From: Fonticula alba ATCC 38817
Lineage: Eukaryota > Protista > Nucleariida
Length of the DNA: 8,358 nucleotides
Assembly (NCBI GenBank): GCA_000388065.2
Contig: KB932203.1
Reading direction: 5' to 3' (one strand)
The notes under the pieces were generated by a model that was not told the origin of the DNA, ran no database searches, and was given only the letters and a program-made list of their open reading frames with translations. Below are positions 1 through 6,133 of the stretch, piece by piece (the stretch's first letter is position 1; each line of letters starts with the position of its first letter). Both the position numbers and the translations under genes were made by a program.

Positions 1-21
1 GCCCCCTCCTCCGGCCAGAGA

Positions 22-529
22 ATGCCCCCGCCACCGCCGCCTCCCCCGGGCGCTGTCGAGTCACCCTTCCTTTCGAGCTTCCACCACCACCACCACCACC
101 ATCTCCACCATCTACACCACCACCTCGACCAGGACCGTGGCGGCGGTGACGCTGGTGGCAGTGGCGGTGGCAGTGACGCCAGCACCGCCGGCGGCAACGC
201 CTCTGCCTCATCCCGCCTCTCGCTGCACGGTGCTAATGGCCATTCCCCGCATCACCTCCACCCACCACGGCCCCCATGTCCGCCCCTCAATGCCGGCCGG
301 CCGGCAACAGACGCGCCTGTCACCATGCGCGAAGCAGACAGTCTCCACGCTGCCCGGCGCTCTGAAGTGCTGATGTCCCCGGCTGAGGCGTCGCCCCGGC
401 CCGCCACCCTGTCGCTCAGTGGGCTGTCCGGCCTGCCGGGCTCGCCGGAGCCCTCGTCGCCGGTGGCCCGGGTGTCCTTGGGCCGCGGCCGTGGCCCCGA
501 CTCGCCGCGCCTGTCTGCTGCATGTGGCT

Positions 530-564
<35 letters not shown>

Positions 565-913
565 CCCGGGTCTGCCCTCGGGTCGCCACTGCTGCTGGCC
601 GAGTCAGGCCCGAGCCGAGGGGGCCTCGGTGCGGCGACTGCGGCTGCCCACTCGTCCGACCTGTTCCACGGTGCCAGTGCCTTCTGCCAGCCGACCCCTC
701 GGTCACCGAGCATCCAAAACCTTCACCACCACCACCACCACCACCATGGCGGACCCCCGGCGGCCTCCAAGGAGGACTATCACCCGCACCACCCGCACCA
801 CCACCTGGCGGCATCCGGCAGCTCGTCGATCGAGTTGCCCATGGCCGGCTTGGTCCCGGCGCACATCCACTTTGCCGGGGTGGACAGCGAGCCCGGGCCC
901 CGGCGCGGAAGCG
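22..913 (+). CDS. Gene 1 exon 1 (disordered His/Gly/Pro/Ser-rich N-terminus)
   Basis: ATG at 22 with A at -3; open frame to donor G|GTACGT at 914 (phase 1). CAG at 16-18 after a pyrimidine run could instead be an acceptor, so this may not be the first exon. Confidence 0.75.
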
Positions 914-1183
914 GTACGTACAAGCACATAGACAGACGCGCACGCACACACGCGCGCACACACCCGCGGGCATGCATGCCAGCGCGCGCCATGCTGCACC
1001 CGCGTGCGCCCGCACGCGCACACACCTCCGCCCACATGCCCACATGCTGCCGATACACATGAACACCAATAGATGCACATGCGCTTGGACAGATGCGCGC
1101 ACATGTGGGCCCCCGTCTCTTGGGACCACCCGGGGCCGGGCCGGGGGAGCTGGGGCCGGGGCGCGCACGGCTCATGCTGCCGT

Positions 1184-1215
<32 letters not shown>

Positions 1216-4128
1216 GTGTCCCTCCCTCGTTCTCGGTGTACATGGCCCCCCAGCGCGCGGCCGGATACTGACACTCCCCTCGCGCTTGCGCATGCGCCAT
1301 GCTCCCTGTCGATGGACATGCACACCCACTCCCAGACCCCGGCGGCGAGGATGGTCGGCGCTTCTTCAAGTTCGGCTCGCTCTTCGGGACGTCTAGCACC
1401 ATGCGCCCGGCGCCGGCCGACTCGACGTCGACCCTGCGCAGTCGCGCGCCCGGGCCCCGGTGGCAGGCGCCCCGCTGGACGCGCAAGCTCAGCAGTCGTG
1501 CCCTGTCGCTGCCCTTTGTCTCGCGTGCCAAGCGCACCCTGAAGAAGGGCCTCTCGGCCACCGGCAGTGTGGTGTCCGGCTCAGCTGGGCGGGTACGTGG
1601 TCATGCGCAATCGCTCGCGCGCGCACACACACACACACACACGCCCGAAAGACGCGCGCGCACTCGCGGCGCCGTGCACGGGGGACGGTGCCCCGGCTTC
1701 CCTTTGGGTCCTCGGTCCCGCGCTGACCAGTCGCATGTCAACAACCGTCCCCCCCCCCCCCTCTATGAAGCTTGTTTCGCCCAAGGTGGCCGATATGCTC
1801 AAGCTCTTGGCAATCATCATCTGCTGGTGCGCACCGTCCCCCCCCCCCCCCCCGCTCACACGCACAGAGGGCTCTCGGGCCGCCTTTTGTGTGCCACGGC
1901 ATTCGCCCACCCTCCGCCTGCGCACAGCCACTGACGGGCCGGTTGCCTGCTTTCTTTCTCTCTTTCTCCCTTTCTTTTTGCTGCCCCATGCTCGCGTGCC
2001 CTGGTCCTCCTCCACGTGCGCGCATGTAGGTACTCCTCGAGTACCCTGACCAACCACACGGGCAAGAAGATCCTCACAATGTACCCGCGGCCAGTCACCC
2101 TGACCGTGTGCCAGTTCACCCTGGGCGCCATCTACATGCCGATCTTCGGTGCGTCATGGCAAGCTGCGCCCTGGTTTTGGTGTTTTGCCCTCTTCCCGAA
2201 GGACGGGCCTGGGGGCCCGGCTCTCCGCGCGAGGCCTGGCGCGTGCCCCCTCCTGCCCCCTTTGTCGCGACCTCCCGACTGACATGCGCCTGGGCCCCAT
2301 CCCCCGCCCCCCTGCGGCTCCCCCTGGCTGCCCCTTTTTCCGGGGCCCCGGCTGGTCCCCTCTCAGCCTACCTCTTCAATGCCCTTGTGGCCAAGACCGG
2401 CGGCTGGGGCTTTGCCTTTCCCTTTTCACAACGCGGCTCCGGCATGCGGCCGGTCGCGCCGCCGGTCCGGGCCAAGGACGACCCACCCATGTCCTCATCC
2501 TCGGTTGCCATGGCCACCGCCGGGCTTCCCCCCCCCATGACCGCCACGGACCAAGAGCAGCCTGGCGGCGCCTTCTGCCCGCTGAACACCGAGGAGTTTT
2601 CCGTGCCGCCGCCCTCGGCCAGCGGCCTGCTGCCCCCGCCGTACCACCTCCACCACCACCACCACCACCACCACCAACACTACCCCTCGGCTGGGCACCA
2701 CCACCACCCTCACCATGGGTACCAGCAGGGGGCCGGCCTGCCCGGGCCCGGGACCGGCCATCGCCAGCCCCCGACCCCGTCGGCCGTGGTCGCCGATGAC
2801 CGCCTGCTCCTGGCCATTCCCAACCGGCAGACGCTCTTTTTCGTCATCCTCCCGCTGACGGCCTTCAATGTGGTTGGCCACATGTTCTCGGCCTTGGGCA
2901 TCTCCAAGGCCTCTGTGGCGTTGGTCCACACGATCAAGGTGCGTGTGCGCGCGTGCATGCCTGTCTGTCAGCCTGTGGTGGCCCCCCCCCCCCCCCCCCC
3001 CCCCCGGGGGCATGCGCCCAGATGCGTCGATCCCCCCGGTCCCGTGTGCTGGGCCGTGTTCCGGCCGCCAACCCCGCGCACACCCGCGCCCGCGCCTCAT
3101 GCGCGCGATGTCCACACGCTGACGTACCCTCCCGCTGTGCTCNNNNNNNNNNNNNNNNNNNNNNNNNNNNNNNNNNNNNNNNNNNNNNNNNNNNNNNNNN
3201 NNNNNNNNNNNNNNNNNNNNNNNNNNNNNNNNNNNNNNNNNNNNNNNNNNNNNNNNNNNNNNNNNNNNNNNCCCCCCCCCCTCCCCCGCCCCCGCCCCAG
3301 GCCCTCTCGCCCATGTTTGCGGTCATCCTGTCACGGCTGCTGATGGGCGAGCGGCACTCCTCCAAGGTGTACTTGGCCCTGGTGCCGCTGGTGGGCGGGG
3401 TCATGCTGGCCTCCGGCACGGAGCTCTCCTTCTCCTGGCTGTGGTCCTGGGTCTCTCCGGGCTCCGCGGCCGGCGGCCCGGCCGGGGCTTCCTCGGCCGC
3501 GGCGGCCGGCGCCATCTCGGCCCTCATCTCGTGCCTGATTTTCAACCTGCAAAATCTGGTCAGCAAGAAGCTCATGTCCAAGCAGACTCTCGAGCCGGCG
3601 GCGTTGGCCTTCCACACCAGCTGGGCGGCCCTCTTTGTGCTGGTGCCCCTGTGGCTGTACTCCGACCGGTCCGGCTCGCTGGACCTCCTGCATGCCGATG
3701 GCCAGGCCCTCTCGCCTGGGGTCCTGCTGATGTTGCTCTTCCTCAATGGGGCCGGGCACTTCGCGCAGAAGGCCTGCGCCTTGACGCTCATCCGCCTGAT
3801 CAGCCCGGTGGCCTACAGCGTGGCCTCCCTGCTGAAGCGCATTTTTGTCATCGCCAGCGCCGTGGTCCTGTCCGGGATCCTGCCCAAGCCGGTGGGCATC
3901 TTCGGCTTCACGCTCACCTTCTTCGGGCTGTGGATGTACAACCACGCCCGGAGCGAGGCCAAGCGCAAGGCCGGCGGCAAGAAGGCTGGCAGCTTTGCTG
4001 CCGGGGCGATGGCCGGGGCCGGGACCATGGCCTTGGCCCCGACCGCCGACCCCCCTTCGGCCGCCGCGTTCGGCAACGGTGGTGGCAGCGATGGCGGACG
4101 GCGATCTTCCTCCGCCCTAGCGGGTGAT

Positions 4129-4182
<54 letters not shown>

Positions 4183-5193
4183 GCCGCTGCTGCTGGCGCC
4201 GCCACCGGGCCGCAGCACCCCCACGCCGCCCCGTACCACCAGCACTCGAACTCCTTTTCCATGATGACCGGCGGCGGCGGCGCTCAGCCGGGCGGCGTCG
4301 GCCATCAGGCCTCCTCGACGCCAGCCGTGTCCTCATCGCGCTCAACCCCGGCGGTGTCCTTCATCCCGGCGGCCACTGGCCCCTCCTCCTCCGGTGCGTG
4401 TACCCCTGCGCCCCCACCAGGCCCCCGGCCGGCCGGCCGGCCGGCCGGCCACCGAGTCTGTCGAGTGCGGGTGCGATGCCATGCGGTGCATCCCTGTTTT
4501 CTGACCCGTCCGTTTGCGTTTCCTCTTCAAAACACACACACGGACCCCCGGCCACACATAGTGACTGTGGCCATGCCCGCCGAGGCAGCCACGCCCGGGG
4601 ACACCGGCAACAGCGGCTCACTGCCGCGCTTCACGGCGCACCATCCCCCGACGGCCGGCTCCTCAATCATGCCGGTTGGGGGGCCGCCCAAGGAAGCAAC
4701 CCCCTTCCCCAAGGTCCTCCACGGGCAGGAGCTCGGCCCGGCGTCAGTTTCGCAACTGGGATCCCCGCACATGGTGGTAGCCGGGCAGTTTGGTGCCGCC
4801 AAGCCGGCCGATCACCCGGTGCCCGCCGGCAGCGCCGCGGCGGCCATGCTGGCATCGACATCGTTGTCGTCATCATCTTCCCAGGCCACCACCCCGGTGA
4901 TCAATGCCGCCATGGCATTCGGTGATGTGCATCACGCCGCCGCCACGGCCACGGCCACGGCCACCCCCGCCCCGCCGCTGCCGCGCCACCACCACACCCA
5001 CCATCACCATACCCCGATCATGCTGTCCCGCACGAATTCCTCCCTCGGCGCCGGGGGGGTGGTGGCCGGTGCCGGCGCGGCTGCCGATCGCAAGACCGAC
5101 GCCCTGCAATTTGACATGGCTGCCGGGGCCGGCGGCGGGCCGGGGATGCTGACCTCGGCGGCGGCTGCACCCTCGATCGTCATTGCCAACTGA
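22..5193 (+). CDS. Spliced gene (7 exons, 1206 aa): triose-phosphate transporter family / SLC35E1-like nucleotide-sugar/phosphate translocator (DMT/EamA fold) with long low-complexity extensions
   Basis: join(22..913,1336..1592,1771..1826,2030..2148,2367..2938,3301..4393,4562..5193) = 3621 nt, a multiple of 3, ending TGA at 5191-5193. Junction phases 1,0,2,1,0,1 all match. Splicing assembles family motifs: IIICW|YSSSTLTNHTGKKILTMYPRPVTLTVCQF, GHMFS..SVALVHTIK|ALSPMFAVILSRLLMGE, TELSF, LQNLVSKK, FAQ, ISPVAYSVASLLKRIFVI, GLWMYN. Family assignment is from recalled motifs; no search was run. The 5' end is uncertain because the frame is open to base 1. Confidence 0.9.
82..126 (+). repeat. CAC/CAT repeat encoding HHHHHHHLHHLHHHL
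   Basis: (CAC)6CAT at 82-102, then CTC CAC CAT CTA CAC CAC CAC CTC. Confidence 0.95.
532..564 (+). repeat. (GGC)11 encoding poly-Gly
   Basis: Perfect GGC x11 in frame. Confidence 0.95.
724..747 (+). repeat. (CAC)7CAT encoding His8
   Basis: Read directly from the sequence. Confidence 0.95.
914..1335 (+). other. Intron 1 (422 nt, phase 1)
   Basis: GTACGT ... TACTGAC (CTGAC 1268-1272) ... CAG; read-through hits TGA at 1060-1062; contains microsatellites. Confidence 0.85.
1184..1214 (+). repeat. (GCAA)7 microsatellite in intron 1
   Basis: Seven perfect GCAA units plus GCA. Confidence 0.95.
1336..1592 (+). CDS. Gene 1 exon 2 (basic, Arg/Lys-rich linker)
   Basis: Acceptor CACTCCCAG at 1335; G|AC rebuilds Asp in phase 1; donor CGG|GTACGT at 1593 (phase 0). 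Confidence 0.8.
1593..1770 (+). other. Intron 2 (178 nt, phase 0)
   Basis: GTACGT ... CTGAC (1723) ... C13 ... AAG. Confidence 0.85.
1624..1641 (+). repeat. (CA)9 microsatellite in intron 2
   Basis: Read directly; preceded by a (CG)4 run. Confidence 0.95.
1771..1826 (+). CDS. Gene 1 exon 3 (56 nt; start of TM1, LVSPKVADMLKLLAIIICW)
   Basis: Poly-C then GAAG acceptor at 1770; donor TG|GTGCGC at 1827 (phase 2) joins to G at 2030 to give the conserved W-Y of TM1. Confidence 0.85.
1827..2029 (+). other. Intron 3 (203 nt, phase 2)
   Basis: GTGCGC ... CTGAC (1931) ... T/C-rich tract ... TAG. Confidence 0.9.
2030..2148 (+). CDS. Gene 1 exon 4 (TM1 end to TM2)
   Basis: Acceptor TGTAG at 2029; encodes YSSSTLTNHTGKKILTMYPRPVTLTVCQFTLGAIYMPIF, matching TPT-family N..K.IL..FP.P.T; donor G|GTGCGT at 2149. 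Confidence 0.9.
2149..2366 (+). other. Intron 4 (218 nt, phase 1)
   Basis: GTGCGT ... CTGAC (2279) ... CAG. Confidence 0.9.
2367..2938 (+). CDS. Gene 1 exon 5 (His-rich TM2-TM3 loop, TM3, start of TM4)
   Basis: Acceptor TCTCAG at 2366; G|CC gives Ala in phase 1; ends VHTIK at donor AAG|GTGCGT (2939). Confidence 0.9.
2651..2674 (+). repeat. (CAC)8 encoding His8 in the TM2-TM3 loop
   Basis: Read directly from the sequence. Confidence 0.95.
2982..3005 (+). repeat. C24 homopolymer in intron 5
   Basis: Read directly; other poly-C tracts at 1749-1761, 1838-1853, 3272-3281 and 5290-5307. Confidence 0.9.
3143..3271. other. Assembly gap (129 N) inside intron 5
   Basis: Run of N followed by a poly-C tract. 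Confidence 1.
3301..4393 (+). CDS. Gene 1 exon 6 (TM4-TM10 and start of C-terminal tail)
   Basis: Acceptor CCCCAG at 3300; ALSPMF continues HTIK without a break; contains ELSF, LQN..SKK, KR motif and GLWMYN; donor G|GTGCGT at 4394. Confidence 0.9.
4129..4194 (+). repeat. (GCC/GCT)22 encoding Ala22
   Basis: GCC run interrupted by GCT at 4159 and 4186-4194. Confidence 0.95.
4394..4561 (+). other. Intron 6 (168 nt, phase 1, in-frame and stop-free)
   Basis: GTGCGT donor, CTGAC at 4501, CATAG acceptor; intron-like composition ((GGCC)6, T-rich tract, CA run) and out-of-character Cys/Arg-rich translation. Confidence 0.75.
4427..4450. repeat. (GGCC)6 self-complementary microsatellite in intron 6
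   Basis: Six perfect GGCC units; the array is its own reverse complement. Confidence 0.95.
4562..5193 (+). CDS. Gene 1 exon 7 (disordered C-terminal tail ending PSIVIAN*)
   Basis: The first AG after branch-like CTGAC (4501) is CATAG at 4561; G|TG gives Val in phase 1; TGA at 5191-5193. Confidence 0.8.
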
Positions 5194-5418
5194 TGGTTCG
5201 CTCCTTGGCGCCTCGCGCCACTCCACGGGCGCGCCAGCGCGTCCGCGTGGGCATGAGTGTGCCACGCACGCGTGTGCCCCCGTACAGGTCCCCCCCCCCC
5301 CCCCCCCTCGCCCCATATAGTCCTCTTGTGTTCCCTCCCTTCCCGCCCCCTTCTCTCCCTGTCTCTCTCAGTTCAGACTCGCCCCCTCCCCTCCATACCC
5401 ACTGTAGATTACTCCCCC

Positions 5419-5430
5419 AATAATATATAG
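5419..5430 (+). terminator. Candidate polyadenylation signal of gene 1 (AATAATATATAG)
   Basis: First AT-rich island after the stop, ~225 nt downstream, in otherwise GC-rich DNA; function is inferred. Confidence 0.4.
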
Positions 5431-5564
5431 AGCACCCCTCTCCGTCTCCAGCACCCCAGCACGCCCCCCCCCCTCATACATTCAGCTAAGGAGGCGGGCC
5501 ATAAAAGGCCGCATATCGCACCGGTGGGGCATGTCACAGGCGGAGTAATCAAGCGTGTGCGTCT

Positions 5565-5588
5565 GTGTGTGTGTGTGTGTGTGTGTGT
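5565..5588 (+). repeat. (GT)12 microsatellite between the two genes
   Basis: Read directly from the sequence. Confidence 0.95.
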
Positions 5589-5607
5589 TTGTGTGGTGTA
5601 GAGGGGA

Positions 5608-5630
5608 ATTCTTTGATTATTTTACTTTTT
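5608..5630 (-). terminator. Candidate polyadenylation region of gene 2 (AAAAAGTAAAATAATCAAAGAA)
   Basis: A-rich island on the minus strand containing AATAAT (5621-5616), ~510 nt after the stop; function is inferred. Confidence 0.4.
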
Positions 5631-5941
5631 CGTCGGTTGATTTCCAAGCACAAGGGGGCCCACTTCTCCTGGAGCACATGACGGGGGGGAGGAGCCCAGG
5701 AGAAGAGGCCGCGCGACCTATGCCGTGGATGGGTGGTGTGATGTGCGCGCGCGCGCACTGCCATACTTCGTCCACCCTCGCCCGGTCGCTCCCTCGCCCG
5801 CGCGCGCACGGATGAACTGAGGGGCGGCGGCCACGGGAGAGCGAGAGGAGGAGCGGGGAGGAGAAGGGACGCAGCGCAGCACACAAGGGGGTGCGCGCCT
5901 TGAAGGGGGGAAAGGAAAGCACAGGAGACAAGGACAGGGGA

Positions 5942-5986
5942 GGCAGGCACGGGCAGGCACGGGCAGGCGGGCAGGCACGGGCAGGG
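5942..5986 (+). repeat. Imperfect 10-bp tandem repeat (GGGCAGGCAC, ~4.5 copies)
   Basis: GGCAGGCAC GGGCAGGCAC GGGCAGGC GGGCAGGCAC GGGCAGGG. Confidence 0.85.
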
Positions 5987-6133
5987 GAGAGGGGAGACTG
6001 CAGCGAGCGAGGGCAAGCACAGGGGAAGGGAGCGAGCGTCGGGCGCGCCGACCCCCGATCTCCCGGCCCCGTCGGCCCTCGCCCAGGCGCACGCACAAGC
6101 GCGTGCCAGCCGGCACACGCTGCTCGTGCAGCA

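Larger units (their letters stand above)
2939..3300 (+). other. Intron 5 (362 nt including the gap, phase 0)
   Basis: GTGCGT ... C24 ... CTGAC (3119) ... N-run ... CAG; removal joins HTIK to ALSP. Confidence 0.9.

Noticed and set aside
914-1062. Last 50 codons of the 346-aa ORF (22..1062) as genuine coding sequence
   Set aside because: RARTHARTH-type translation of CA/CG repeats after a perfect GTACGT donor; this is intron 1 read-through.
1729-1730. CAG at 1728-1730 as the intron 2 acceptor
   Set aside because: Only 3-4 nt from the branch A, and it puts the TM1 exon out of frame.
2953-3300. N-terminal part of the 746-aa ORF, and of ORFs 1299, 1567, 2016 and 2108 outside the called exons
   Set aside because: These segments translate poly-C or microsatellite intron sequence; only the parts between AG and GT carry family motifs.
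4129-4194. Ala22 as an eleventh transmembrane helix
   Set aside because: Pure GCC slippage repeat in a disordered tail; poly-Ala is only marginally hydrophobic and the 10-TM core is already complete.
5196-5287. Possible 3'-UTR intron (GTTCGC ... GTACAG)
   Set aside because: Donor deviates from the GTRCGY seen in all six introns and there is no CTGAC inside.
252-5316. Many minus-strand and alternate-frame ORFs overlapping gene 1 (e.g. 416..1168, 2495..3115, 2934..3791, 3331..3945)
   Set aside because: Stop codons are rare at this GC content; these are shadow frames of codon-biased exons and repeats with no recognisable motifs.
5407-5550. 9-bp inverted repeat GATTACTCC (5407-5415) / GGAGTAATC (5542-5550) as MITE termini
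   Set aside because: Cannot be extended, has no target-site duplication, and about one 9-bp inverted match is expected by chance in a ~1 kb intergenic region.
1184-5986. CRISPR array or transposon signature among the repeats
   Set aside because: All repeats are 1-10 bp tandem units without unique spacers; no transposase, RT or terminal-repeat/TSD structure is seen.
5194-6133. tRNA, ncRNA or small protein gene in the intergenic region (ORFs 5549..6118, 5617..6324, 5718..6134)
   Set aside because: No cloverleaf or A/B-box pattern recognised; the ORFs translate simple repeats and purine/pyrimidine tracts typical of UTRs.
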